A stretch of DNA of 64,000 bases from Alistipes sp. (GTDB lineage: Bacteria; Bacteroidota; Bacteroidia; Bacteroidales; Rikenellaceae), in assembly GCA_017451685.1 (NCBI GenBank), contig JAFTNV010000028.1, forward strand, positions 8,515 to 72,514. Reading direction: 5' to 3'. The notes beneath the pieces are model-generated. The model searched no databases. It had not been told where the DNA came from and was given only the letters and a program-made list of their open reading frames with translations. Positions 1 to 9,409 of this stretch are shown in pieces (within the stretch, counting starts at the first letter, position 1; every line of letters starts with the position of its first letter). The position numbers were made by a program, and so were the translations under genes.

Positions 1-426
1 GCCAACTACGCCTTCACCACACTCGAGCCTAACCTCGGCATCGTATCGGTGCGCGACGACCACTCGTTTGTCATGGCCGACATCCCGGGCATCATCGAGG
101 GTGCACACGAAGGTCGTGGCCTCGGCACGCGATTCCTGCGACATATCGAGCGTAACTCGGTGCTCCTGTTTATGGTGCCGGCCGACAGCGACGACATAGC
201 GCGCGACTACGAGATATTACTCGGTGAGCTCACGGAGTACAACCCCGAGCTCTTGGACAAGCAGCGCCTCTTGGCCATAACGAAGTGCGACATGCTCGAC
301 GACGACCTCATCGCAGAGATGCGAGCGCACCTCCCCGAGGGCATAAAGTCGATATTCATATCGTCGGTGGCGAACATGAACATTGTCCAATTGAAGGATA
401 TGCTCTGGGAGGCATTGCAGCAGTAA
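1..426 (+). CDS. obgE: GTPase ObgE/CgtA, C-terminal part (5' end outside window)
   Basis: Frame open from base 1: [13 protein letters not shown] (G2), [17 protein letters not shown] (G3), FLRHIER, TKCD (G4). Confidence 0.95.
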   Translation, partial: ANYAFTTLEPNLGIVSVRDDHSFVMADIPGIIEGAHEGRGLGTRFLRHIERNSVLLFMVPADSDDIARDYEILLGELTEYNPELLDKQRLLAITKCDMLDDDLIAEMRAHLPEGIKSIFISSVANMNIVQLKDMLWEALQQ

Positions 427-438
427 CAGCCCATCATA

Positions 439-478
439 ATACGCATAAAGCCCGCCGATTGGCGGGCTTTATGCGTAT
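439..478. terminator. Perfect 18-bp inverted repeat between convergent genes, probable bidirectional terminator
   Basis: atacgcataaagcccgcc-gatt-ggcgggctttatgcgtat between the obgE stop and the stop of 493..1779. Confidence 0.8.
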
Positions 479-492
479 ACATCATATCGTTG

Positions 493-1779
493 CTACATGG
501 CTGCGCGGTTGTACACATCGACATTCTTACAGTGGCACTTACCCGAGAGCTTCTTGCCGCGGTCATCAACGACATCAAACGTAACAAGAGCCTCACCATC
601 ACCATAGTGCTCCACGGTGAAACTACCACCCGCGATAGCCGCAGCCACATTACCGAAGTAGCCATTACTTACGGGCATATACCATGAGCCATAGAGGTCG
701 CCATCGTACTTGTATCCGGGCTCGAAGGTTCCCGCAGCGTAGGTAGAGCCTACATCACCGGTAAAGGTGCGATATATAAGTTCCGAGTTGTACTCTGCAT
801 TCTCGGTAACAACATCGAAGCGGAAGAAGTCGCCGGCCATAAGGTCGGACTGGGTCATGAAGCGCACCTCCCAGCTGCCACGACCTATGCCGTAGTAGTC
901 GCCATCGTAGAGAAGCATCATAGCGCCATCCTTGATGTCGAAGGTGAGATCCTCCTCGATGGTGCTATAGGGGCCACGGTCTATTGATGTGAAGTAGAAG
1001 AGGTTAAGGCTGCCACTGTACGACACCTTATGCACCTCGCCATTGTCGAGCGTTATAAGCGCCTCGATCTTATCTTCGGTGACAATAACATCGCCACCCG
1101 AAATCTTGTGCACCGTCTGCTGGCCCTCGTTGTCGGTAATGACAAGCTCACTGCGGTCGGCAGCGAAGGTGTCGGGCCTATACGTATTCTCGGCATCGTA
1201 GCCATACTCGCCCCATGCCAAATAGGGGTCGGCAGCGGCGGGGATAGACGAGTAGATGATGAACTTGTAGTAGCTGTCGCTCGGGTAGTAGTCCGTTTCG
1301 TGCGTTGTGCCATACTTCGACAGGATGACGGTATACTTATAGGCATTGGGGTGCATGGCATCCTTATTCTCGAACTTACCGTTAATCTTCGAGGCACGGA
1401 ACTCCACATCGGGCTTACCCTTCTGCTGGATGATTACCTGCTCGGCCTGGTCGCCATAGCATACGAGGATTATGGTCATGCGCTCCTCGACGAGGTCGTT
1501 GGCCGCAACCGTGAACTTAATCTCGTTGCCCACCTCGGTGATTGTCACCCACTGGTCGTCGCATACGGCCTCCACCTCGGCATCGTCATCTGCGCCCACA
1601 AGCGTATAGTTGATGACACCCTCGCCACCACTCTGCGCAAAGTTCATAATGCCGTCAGAGGTTATGGTCAACGTGCCAAGCACCTCATTTCCATCTCCTG
1701 CACCGAGAGTATCGTCCGGTGTACACGACATGGCGAATGTCGCCATCGACATCACCATAAAGAGAAATAGTCTTTTCAT
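493..1779 (-). CDS. Surface lipoprotein A: BACON-like + module X + module Y
   Basis: Lipobox FAMS-C followed by acidic TPDD. BACON-like segment (WVTITE..KFTVAAND..ER). Paralogous to neighbours. Confidence 0.8.
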   Translation of the reverse strand: MKRLFLFMVMSMATFAMSCTPDDTLGAGDGNEVLGTLTITSDGIMNFAQSGGEGVINYTLVGADDDAEVEAVCDDQWVTITEVGNEIKFTVAANDLVEERMTIILVCYGDQAEQVIIQQKGKPDVEFRASKINGKFENKDAMHPNAYKYTVILSKYGTTHETDYYPSDSYYKFIIYSSIPAAADPYLAWGEYGYDAENTYRPDTFAADRSELVITDNEGQQTVHKISGGDVIVTEDKIEALITLDNGEVHKVSYSGSLNLFYFTSIDRGPYSTIEEDLTFDIKDGAMMLLYDGDYYGIGRGSWEVRFMTQSDLMAGDFFRFDVVTENAEYNSELIYRTFTGDVGSTYAAGTFEPGYKYDGDLYGSWYMPVSNGYFGNVAAAIAGGSFTVEHYGDGEALVTFDVVDDRGKKLSGKCHCKNVDVYNRAAM

Positions 1780-1809
1780 ATAATATATGTTTATGTCCTT
1801 AATAACACA

Positions 1810-3189
1810 CTAAAGGTCGTATGCCTGATTCTGGTAGTCGCCCACCCTTCCGCGGAACGTACCCTTAATCTTGTTGCCTATGTCGTCCTTGCCATCCATC
1901 GTGAGGGTGTAGTCGTCGCCCTCCTTAGCGATGGTAATCTTACCATCGACAAACGGAGCCCCGTTCGAGGGGTCTATCGCGCTGTTTATACAGTTCATAT
2001 ACCACGTATGCAGCTGCCAAGTATCGTCGCGCACACATCCCGGGGCAAACGTACCCGCGAAGTTCTCCATCGTGTGGTTGAGCACCGTGTACTCACCTAC
2101 GAAGCCATCCCTATTCTCATATCCGCCCTTCGACTTGTCGACCAAGATATCCATCATAAGATACGTGCCCGAGAAGGTGGCCTTATCCTCAATCATGTGC
2201 AGGAACCACACATCTGCATTCTTGCCGTAGTAGTCGCCACGATAGTAGGCCATGATGGTGCCTCCCGTGACATCGAACTCCACATCCGCCGTCAGCGTGC
2301 TCGCAGGAACATCCGCAATCGTAGGCTGCGTGTAGTCCAGGGCGAGGCTTCCCTCGTATGTCACACGATGCACCTTGCCACTTATCATGCGCACCTCGGC
2401 AACAATCTTATCCTTCGTCACCGTCACCGTGGCATAGCCGAAGTCCATATCCGAGCCATCGGCAGCGATATAGTAGCTACGCGCAGCATCAATAGTGCCC
2501 GGGGTACAGTCGCCAAACTCGTATACACCCTCGGGGAGGTAATCCACAGGCTCGAAGGCTGATGACACATCCGAGTATAGGTCGAAGATATACTGCGTAG
2601 CGCCATAGGCAGGATCCTGATAGTTAGTAAGACCCACATCCGAGAGTACGATGAAGTAGTTGTAGCCGTAGGTCTGAAGCTTGCCGAAGTATGTGCCACT
2701 GAGGTGTGTAGCCTTGAACTCCACATCCGCGGGCGATGACGACAGCTGACGTACCAACACCTTCACCTCCTGCTTCTCGTACGCGAGCACGATAAACGTC
2801 TCGCGCTTGTCGCCCTCGTTGGGTAGCACGTTGAACGACACCTTTGCCCCCACGACGATGTCCTTAATCCACTCCGCCGTGCATGTCACCTCTACCGACG
2901 GCTGCTTCTCGGGCCTCTCGTCGGCAGCACTGTCGCCCGTGATGGTCTCATCCTCGGGGACATCCACATCGGAGCCCTCATGTGCGCGCGTAACCTCCGT
3001 GAGGGCGTACTCTATCTCGCCCTTGCCACCCTCGGCGCTGAACTCCATTACCGTCTTCGAGGTTAGCGTTAAGGCATACTCCTTTGCATCCTCCGGCTTA
3101 CCCGCAGGCACGTTATCTCCCCCATTATCAGTTTCACATGCGATAAACAACACGCTCAATAGAGCAACAAATGTAAATACTCTTCTCAT
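1810..3189 (-). CDS. Surface lipoprotein B: BACON-like + module X + module Y
   Basis: Start moved to MRRVFTFVALLSVLFIA-C (ATG 3189), downstream of a TATATTTG promoter at 3256-3263. Colinear with lipoprotein A. Confidence 0.8.
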   Translation of the reverse strand: MRRVFTFVALLSVLFIACETDNGGDNVPAGKPEDAKEYALTLTSKTVMEFSAEGGKGEIEYALTEVTRAHEGSDVDVPEDETITGDSAADERPEKQPSVEVTCTAEWIKDIVVGAKVSFNVLPNEGDKRETFIVLAYEKQEVKVLVRQLSSSPADVEFKATHLSGTYFGKLQTYGYNYFIVLSDVGLTNYQDPAYGATQYIFDLYSDVSSAFEPVDYLPEGVYEFGDCTPGTIDAARSYYIAADGSDMDFGYATVTVTKDKIVAEVRMISGKVHRVTYEGSLALDYTQPTIADVPASTLTADVEFDVTGGTIMAYYRGDYYGKNADVWFLHMIEDKATFSGTYLMMDILVDKSKGGYENRDGFVGEYTVLNHTMENFAGTFAPGCVRDDTWQLHTWYMNCINSAIDPSNGAPFVDGKITIAKEGDDYTLTMDGKDDIGNKIKGTFRGRVGDYQNQAYDL

Positions 3190-3255
3190 CTCGGTATGTA
3201 AAATTAGTTTTAGGTTGAAACATTCTATGTCCTCCATAGAAACACTCTCACTATA

Positions 3256-3263
3256 CAAATATA
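3256..3263 (-). promoter_or_regulatory. Bacteroidota -7 promoter element (TATATTTG) for lipoproteins B and A
   Basis: Matches TAnnTTTG, 66 bp upstream of the ATG. Confidence 0.65.
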
Positions 3264-3328
3264 CGAATTATTTTTCAATCTCAAGCATCTTCCTTCGACT
3301 AATCATCGCCCCACGGTAGCAAACACAA

Positions 3329-3357
3329 AAAAAACGGCCCCAAAGGAGCCGTTTTTT
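3329..3357 (-). terminator. Intrinsic terminator of lipoprotein C
   Basis: aaaaaacggc...gccgtttttt hairpin with U-tract, 18 bp after the stop. Confidence 0.75.
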
Positions 3358-3375
3358 CATATATGCACGAGAGTA

Positions 3376-5388
3376 TTACAACGTACCTGTGTAAGAACCA
3401 GTCCACGATATTTGGCCAACCATGAGGTCAAACGTGATAGTGTAGTTAGCACCATCCTTCGCTACGACAACCTCTCCACTTGTAAGAGTGAGACCATTAA
3501 TCTCTGATTCATGCGAGAAAATACCACCCGTATTGTCAATAAAGCGTGTCTCAGCCTGCGCTGTATCTTTGTAGTTATAAGTGGCAACCACATACGTGCC
3601 AGCGGCGATAGAACCCTCCTCAGGATCAACATGATTACAGAAGCAGAACTTAAAGTTTGAGCCAGACTCCGTCTCGGCCAGTACGTATGTACGGCCGCCA
3701 GCCTTCTTAACCCATGTGCCATCCTCCATCATATAATTCAACGTATCCTGGTAATCTATTTCAAAGGTCTTCCAATCAGTAACACCACCAGATACAACCT
3801 CATTATAACGGAAACCCTCTACTACTCCATTCCACTCGAAAGTGAAGTTCTTACCGGCAGCTGAGAATGTACCAGAGAGCTTAGCAGTCTCATTCTCCTT
3901 ATCGATTACTACAGTCAACTCGCACGCGGTCATCTGACCACCATCCTCTGAACGATTAGCGCGATAGAAGCTAGTATTTTTGATAGAGCCATCAGCGATA
4001 GTGTATGTGCCGGCCGTAACATGCGAAGCATTGGTTTCTGCGAGATCAACATAAATTCTTGTCTGCGGATCTCCAAAGTATGCATAATCCTCGATAAACA
4101 CAAGCTCCCATGAGAGGCCATCATCCGTGCTTGCCGTAAGCTGCTTAACCTTGAACACCTCGGGAGCGCTGGGATCCTCGATGCCATCTACATTACCCGT
4201 CCAGTCGATATTGTATACAACACCCTCAACAGACTCGAAGCTACCCTTGATAGTCACTGTCCAGTCGTCGTTAACCGCAAAGGCCAATGTTGCAGCCTCT
4301 ACACCCACGTTCTTGGTGCCATTGTAAATCTTCGACTCGTCAACATTGATAGTCTCATCCTCCGATGAATAAGTGCCGTTGCTGAGGTAGTAGTGGTTAG
4401 CATTGGCTGTGGTGTCATACACGTCGAACTCGTGATAGTTCGTATCATCAACATAGAGGTCGAGCATGAAGTTACCCGCAGCCCAATCCGACTTGTGGCT
4501 CGAGATAACCTTCACAGGAGCGAAAGCCACGGGCTCACCGGGGACAACGGGAACGTCGGGCTCATCGATTGTGGGCCCATCCGTATTATAAATCATGGGC
4601 TCACCATCAAATGTCACAACGTGCTGAACGCCAGCGATGGTAACGGTAAGAGTAACATCATTCTCAGTGACAACGAACTTACCGGCCTCGAAGGGAAGCA
4701 TATCCTCTGCGCCGGGAGCACAGTAACCGCCCTCCTCGCAACTGAAGGTGCCTATCTCGCCAGAGTCAGTAGCATCGAATGTAAACTCACCCGTAGGCAG
4801 AGGCATAAGCTCGCTCCACTCCTCGGTGTACTTCTCGCCAAAGAGGCTAATCATGTATACTGTTGCGTTCTCAGCATAGTAGCCATCCTCCTCAAGATCG
4901 TAGAACATAATGTAGTAGAAGCCTACATCTCCGTCAGTGAAATACTCACCAACGAGATAGTTTGCCTCAAAGTTAACAGTCTCGGGATTCTCGCCCTGAT
5001 CCTTCGCTGCCTGCTTAACGGCAACCTCGAGCTTCTTATCTGCGTAGGTCACAACAACCTTCGTCTCGCGAGCCTCGCCATCGTTGGCCGCAACACTAAA
5101 GGCAGCCTTCGTGTCCGTAACCTCACCGATTGTTACCCAAGCATCAGCGCAGTTGGCCGAAACAGTCGCGGGAGCAGCCTCGCGCGTAACCTCAACCATC
5201 TTCGCGGTGTAGGTAATCTCGTAGTCGCCAGCCTCGGCAGCAACCTCCATCGTAGCCTCCGAAGTAAGGGTCAACTCGGCTGCATACTCCTTCTCGGGAG
5301 CCTTATCAGTATCCTCCGAGCCCTTGTCGCACGCTGCAAACACCAAAGGAAGTGCAAGCAACAAATAGAATAAGTTCTTGAGTTTCAT
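3376..5388 (-). CDS. Surface lipoprotein C: BACON-like + X + Z + Z-like + divergent C-terminal module
   Basis: Signal MKLKNLFYLLLALPLVFAA-C then DKGSED. Repeated beta-rich modules ending (H/F)xVx(Y/F/W)xG. Confidence 0.8.
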   Translation of the reverse strand: MKLKNLFYLLLALPLVFAACDKGSEDTDKAPEKEYAAELTLTSEATMEVAAEAGDYEITYTAKMVEVTREAAPATVSANCADAWVTIGEVTDTKAAFSVAANDGEARETKVVVTYADKKLEVAVKQAAKDQGENPETVNFEANYLVGEYFTDGDVGFYYIMFYDLEEDGYYAENATVYMISLFGEKYTEEWSELMPLPTGEFTFDATDSGEIGTFSCEEGGYCAPGAEDMLPFEAGKFVVTENDVTLTVTIAGVQHVVTFDGEPMIYNTDGPTIDEPDVPVVPGEPVAFAPVKVISSHKSDWAAGNFMLDLYVDDTNYHEFDVYDTTANANHYYLSNGTYSSEDETINVDESKIYNGTKNVGVEAATLAFAVNDDWTVTIKGSFESVEGVVYNIDWTGNVDGIEDPSAPEVFKVKQLTASTDDGLSWELVFIEDYAYFGDPQTRIYVDLAETNASHVTAGTYTIADGSIKNTSFYRANRSEDGGQMTACELTVVIDKENETAKLSGTFSAAGKNFTFEWNGVVEGFRYNEVVSGGVTDWKTFEIDYQDTLNYMMEDGTWVKKAGGRTYVLAETESGSNFKFCFCNHVDPEEGSIAAGTYVVATYNYKDTAQAETRFIDNTGGIFSHESEINGLTLTSGEVVVAKDGANYTITFDLMVGQISWTGSYTGTL

Positions 5389-5476
5389 AATGTTAATAAT
5401 TAAAGTTATAGTTTATGGTAATTCGTCATCTCGGCCATACATGCTTCTTCGCGGGAGTTAACATGCTACGCTGTCA

Positions 5477-5484
5477 CAAAATTA
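5477..5484 (-). promoter_or_regulatory. -7 promoter element (TAATTTTG) for lipoprotein C
   Basis: TAnnTTTG match with TTTG about 19 nt further upstream. Confidence 0.6.
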
Positions 5485-5544
5485 TCAATTTTTTCTTAAT
5501 TTACAAAGTATCGCTCAACTTTTTTACATCTCGATGCACAACAA

Positions 5545-5576
5545 AACGGGGATGACCAAAATGAGCCATCCCCGTT
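5545..5576 (-). terminator. Hairpin of the GGG.TGAC.AAAA family, probable terminator of lipoprotein D
   Basis: aacggggatg...catccccgtt arms. Related copies at 9354, 12443 and 24818. Confidence 0.65.
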
Positions 5577-5603
5577 GTTAGGAGGTTGAATAAAAAACCG
5601 AGC

Positions 5604-5858
5604 TATTTGTTGCGAGAATGCATTAGATACAACGCTCGGCGAATTTCAAGGCGATGGGCTGTACTTAGGCGTACTGCCCATTGACGGCACTTTTTGTTAG
5701 CGGCAGTAGATGATGCCGTATCGCAGCGTGGTATTTGTTGGGAGAAGGCATTAGATACAACGCTCGGCGAATTTCAAGGCGATGGGCTGTACTTAGGCGT
5801 ACTGCCCATTGCCGAGATAATTCGTTAGCGGAAGTAGATGATGCCTTATCGCAACAAA
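5604..5858. repeat. Two tandem copies (period 128 bp) of an imperfect palindromic ERIC/MITE-like element
   Basis: Copies start at 5604 and 5732. A 64-bp core is identical (5620-5683 = 5748-5811). Ends tttgttg(c/g)gagaa(t/g)gcat / atgccttatcgcaacaaa. Apical gtac-ttaggc-gtac. Confidence 0.85.
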
Positions 5859-5862
5859 GAAA

Positions 5863-8136
5863 TTATCTCGCTACGATAGTACCCTTAACCGCGTGACCCA
5901 ATCCGTCGGTACAGTCGAAGGTAAAGCTCTTAGTGCCATCGCCATTATCCGTAACGGTGATAGTACCATCAGCCAAGGGAGCCCACGTATCCTTCACATA
6001 GTACTGCTGGTGGTAGTACCACGAGCTTGCATTGCCATAGTCGCCAACAATACCCGGGGTAAAGGTTCCCGCTCCGAACTGATTAGAGGCCGTATAAGTG
6101 CCTACATAACTCTCATTAGATGTTGCGAGCAAGTCTAACTGAACATATACGCCATTACCGTAGGTCGCATCCTCCATGATGTTAATCAACCAGTACTGTG
6201 CGCCTGTGCCATAAATATCACCGTAACATGCACTTGTTACTATCGTTGCGTTTGTGACATTGACAGCCACATCTGCAGTCAACGACGATATAGGCTCTGG
6301 CTCGGGGAGCTCGATAGAGAGGTCGCCAGTATAGGTGATGGTGTGCGTAGAGCCATCGTCATAGTTGATGGTGGCTTCGATGCCTGTCTCCGTAACGGTG
6401 AGAGTGCCACCCTCAGAGCCCAACCATACAACAACACCGTCAGTTGTCTTCATCTCCATATAGGTATAGCTTACACCCATAGTGCCATCTGCATACGAAT
6501 CCTCAATATCGAAGGCGTACGTACCTACGGGAACACGGGGATTATCCGTATCCAATGTTGCCGAATAGAGGTCAAACCTATAGTATGCAGCTCCAAGAAC
6601 ATCCTCCTCGGCAGCATCCGAGAGAGTGATATAATAGTTATACACACCGTCGTAGTCGCAGTGCTCACACGTGAAGTACTGCGCCGTGAAGCTCACATTA
6701 TCGCCGCCCGTCTCAAAGTTGAAGCCCTCGACAGTACCCGTCCAGTCAACCGTGATATTGTGGCCCTCCTCCGACTTGACATAGCCGACAATGGCAACGC
6801 TATTGTCATCGTTGATGGTGAGGGTAATCTCGGCATCCGCTATCTTGCACGTCTGGTCGTTACCCTTGTAGAATGTCGACCAGGCCTTACCAATGCTTCC
6901 GTCGGCTGTCGAATACTTGCCTGCAGAGAGGTAGTTGTTGTTAGGAGCTACCTTATCGAAGATGTCGAGCTCGTGATAGTAAGCATCATCGACATAGAGG
7001 CGAAGACCGAAGTTTCCTGTTTCATAAGAAGACTCGCGATAAGCCTCAACCTTCACAGGCTCGAACACCTCGGGAGCAACAACGGCGGGAGTCATATTGT
7101 CGACCTCACCCTCGTAGACAAAGTGATAGCTATAGCCATCCTTATCGGTCATGACAACATCGAAGCTATATACCTCGCCCTCGAGCTCCACGGTAGCCTC
7201 AACAGCGGTGAACGTGTACAGGTTCTCCGCGTCGTCGGTGGCTATGCACGACGAGAGGTAGATGCCAAAGTCCTTATTCGTATACGTTCCTGCCTGGAGC
7301 ACGGTATCCTCCTCGGCACCAACAAAGTGTATCATGGCACTGAACGCTTCGTTCACAAAGAGGATGGGGAAGTCGTAAGCCTCGAGCTCCATCTCCAAAT
7401 CCTCGGCCGTCATACGCTCGGCAGCCAGCATCGCCACATCGAAGAGATATGTGGGAGCCTCAACAACCTTCGCAGCCTGCTTGACAGTAACCTCGAACGA
7501 CTCGGTGTCGTACTTTACAACGACCTTCGCCTCGCGTGCCTCGCCCTCGTTGGCAGCAACATTGAACGTAACCTTCTCGTCCACAGTTACATTGCTAACC
7601 CACGCAGCCTCGCATGTTGCCTCGAGCTCTACACCCTCAACAGCATTCTCCAGCGTGTAGGTAATCTCGCCATTGCCACCCTCGGCCGTGAACTCCATCA
7701 CCTCGTTCGATGTGAGGGTCAGGACGGGGTCGGGAGCAGGCTCCTCGCCCTTAGCCACCTGCTTTACCGTCACCTCGAAGCGCTCGGTAGAGTACGTAAC
7801 AACAATCTTTGCCTCGCGTGCCTCGCCATCGTTGGCAGCAACGCTAAAGGCAGCCTTCGTAAAGTCAAACTCACCGATGGTAATCCACTCGGCCTCGCAC
7901 GCAACCTCGGGCTCGTACTCGGGAGCGGGCGAATTGCGTGTCACCTCCTCCATCTTGGCGGTGTAGGTAATCTCGTAGTCGCCAGCCTCGGCAGCAACCT
8001 CCATCGTAGCCTTCGATGTGAGTGTCAATACGGGCTTAAGCTCGGGAGCCTTGTCGGTATCCTCCGAGCCCTTATCACATGCCGTAAACACCAACGGCAG
8101 CGCAAGTAACAGATAGAATAAATGTTTAATTCTCAT
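5863..8136 (-). CDS. Surface lipoprotein D: 2x BACON-like + X-like + Z + X + Y
   Basis: Signal MRIKHLFYLLLALPLVFTA-C then DKGSED. Two BACON-like repeats (VAAN[D/E]GEAREAK). Shares modules with A, B, C and F. Confidence 0.8.
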   Translation of the reverse strand: MRIKHLFYLLLALPLVFTACDKGSEDTDKAPELKPVLTLTSKATMEVAAEAGDYEITYTAKMEEVTRNSPAPEYEPEVACEAEWITIGEFDFTKAAFSVAANDGEAREAKIVVTYSTERFEVTVKQVAKGEEPAPDPVLTLTSNEVMEFTAEGGNGEITYTLENAVEGVELEATCEAAWVSNVTVDEKVTFNVAANEGEAREAKVVVKYDTESFEVTVKQAAKVVEAPTYLFDVAMLAAERMTAEDLEMELEAYDFPILFVNEAFSAMIHFVGAEEDTVLQAGTYTNKDFGIYLSSCIATDDAENLYTFTAVEATVELEGEVYSFDVVMTDKDGYSYHFVYEGEVDNMTPAVVAPEVFEPVKVEAYRESSYETGNFGLRLYVDDAYYHELDIFDKVAPNNNYLSAGKYSTADGSIGKAWSTFYKGNDQTCKIADAEITLTINDDNSVAIVGYVKSEEGHNITVDWTGTVEGFNFETGGDNVSFTAQYFTCEHCDYDGVYNYYITLSDAAEEDVLGAAYYRFDLYSATLDTDNPRVPVGTYAFDIEDSYADGTMGVSYTYMEMKTTDGVVVWLGSEGGTLTVTETGIEATINYDDGSTHTITYTGDLSIELPEPEPISSLTADVAVNVTNATIVTSACYGDIYGTGAQYWLINIMEDATYGNGVYVQLDLLATSNESYVGTYTASNQFGAGTFTPGIVGDYGNASSWYYHQQYYVKDTWAPLADGTITVTDNGDGTKSFTFDCTDGLGHAVKGTIVAR

Positions 8137-8204
8137 AGACTTATAATTTTAATTTATTAGGGTTTACTCTCTGCGGGCGCCCGACATAGGCCGTAACGCT
8201 AAGA

Positions 8205-8212
8205 CAAAGGTA
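8205..8212 (-). promoter_or_regulatory. -7 promoter element (TACCTTTG) for lipoprotein D
   Basis: TAnnTTTG match with TTTG about 20 nt upstream. Confidence 0.65.
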
Positions 8213-8254
8213 TAAATTTATCTTCAAGGATGCAAATATTTTTATCTTTTTTTA

Positions 8255-9274
8255 CTAATTTTCCTCTGCCGAAAGGTCAAAAACCTCAACATCACCACTA
8301 TAGACTATCTTATGCACAGCCTCGCCAAAGTGCACCTCAGCGACGACACCCTCCTCGTCGACCGTGACGGATGCCCAGTCGGGATAGCGAGCATCGGCAT
8401 AGCCCGTGGCATCGCTGTTTATGACATAGTATTTCGTGTAGTAGGCACTTATCGTCCCTGCGGCGAGGGTGTCCTTATCATCCCACACGTATGCGCCATA
8501 CGGGAGCTGTAGCGGGGCTGCGCTGTCGACCACACCTATATATAAATCGAAGCCGTAGTACGTACCCTCGGGGTACTCGAAGCCCAACTCGTCGAGCCCC
8601 TTATCGCTGAGGTAGAGGTAGAAGTTATCCGCCACGCCTATGTTGAACTTATCGCCATAATATAGGGCGTAGGCGTGCTCCACGCTCCACTCCTTGCTCT
8701 CCATGGGTCGGGGCAGCATGTTGGCGATGATATGCTCCCCCGCGAAGGTCACCACGTGCTGCTCGCCCTCGATGACAGCCGTCAGCGTCGCGCTCGCGGC
8801 CGTCACGACCAGCACTGCCGCCTCAAACTTAACCTGCTTCACAACCTCGCTCTCGCCCGTCACGACATACCCCGAGCCGTCGGCCGAGAGTGTCCACGCC
8901 TCATAGTCAGCCTCCGTGCTGAGGTGATACTCACCCTCGGGGAGCGACATGTATTCGCGGTAGTCGCCCTCGTATTTCGGGGCGCAGAGGTCTAAACGGT
9001 AGTACGTGGAGTTGGGGCGCACATAGCCTCGCTCGTCGAAGCCGTTGTCCGACAGCGATATAAAGTATAAATCCAAGCCCACACCGTAATGGTCACCATA
9101 GTATGCGCCACTCGAATATTGCGCCTCGAAGGTTATCCCCTCGGGCTCGTTGGGCTCGTTGGGCGTATCTGGTTGCTCCTCGGCAGGGGGTGTTGTTGTG
9201 TTGTTGGGCGCCTCACACGACGAAGCGATAAGTGCAAATACAACAAATAGCGACAGTATGTATCGAAGTCTCAT
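8255..9274 (-). CDS. Surface lipoprotein E: two X-type modules, no BACON
   Basis: Lipobox IASS-C and Pro/Glu/Asn linker. Two internal homologous units (YYGD..G...F.L.LSD.G.DE.G...P..TYY..DL). Confidence 0.8.
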   Translation of the reverse strand: MRLRYILSLFVVFALIASSCEAPNNTTTPPAEEQPDTPNEPNEPEGITFEAQYSSGAYYGDHYGVGLDLYFISLSDNGFDERGYVRPNSTYYRLDLCAPKYEGDYREYMSLPEGEYHLSTEADYEAWTLSADGSGYVVTGESEVVKQVKFEAAVLVVTAASATLTAVIEGEQHVVTFAGEHIIANMLPRPMESKEWSVEHAYALYYGDKFNIGVADNFYLYLSDKGLDELGFEYPEGTYYGFDLYIGVVDSAAPLQLPYGAYVWDDKDTLAAGTISAYYTKYYVINSDATGYADARYPDWASVTVDEEGVVAEVHFGEAVHKIVYSGDVEVFDLSAEEN

Positions 9275-9313
9275 AACACAAAGGTTTTATCTGCAAGATA
9301 CTCATTAACAACA

Positions 9314-9321
9314 CAAAGCTA
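9314..9321 (-). promoter_or_regulatory. -7 promoter element (TAGCTTTG) for lipoprotein E
   Basis: TAnnTTTG plus TTTG at 9342-9345 (20-nt spacer). Confidence 0.6.
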
Positions 9322-9353
9322 CGAAAAAATATCCATATATACAAAAAAAGAGA

Positions 9354-9405
9354 GGGCTGACTAAAAAGTTGCTTAGCCAGCCCTTGATACCTAAGAGAGT
9401 GAATA
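9354..9405. repeat. 52-bp direct repeat, copy 1 (terminator hairpin + truncated MITE end)
   Basis: 51/52 identical to 12443-12494. Confidence 0.9.
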
Positions 9406-9409
9406 TCTA

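Noticed and set aside
3190-3258. Longer N-terminus of lipoprotein B, and likewise the track starts of rng (41009), mfd (39379), pfkB (27036), trmH (53114) and the phosphatase (56548)
   Set aside because: The extensions overlap promoters or neighbouring genes and precede the recognisable family N-terminus or signal peptide.
5604-5858. CRISPR array or integron attC sites
   Set aside because: There are only two 128-bp units, with no unique spacers and no cas or intI gene. The AAC and GTT triplets do not pair as in attC R boxes.
6343-8109. Long plus-strand ORFs (588 aa here; also 4393-5373, 10520-11338, 28597-30030) and minus-strand 51396-52463
   Set aside because: These are antisense shadows of real genes caused by codon bias. 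They have no motifs and an unnatural L/R/V/H-rich composition.
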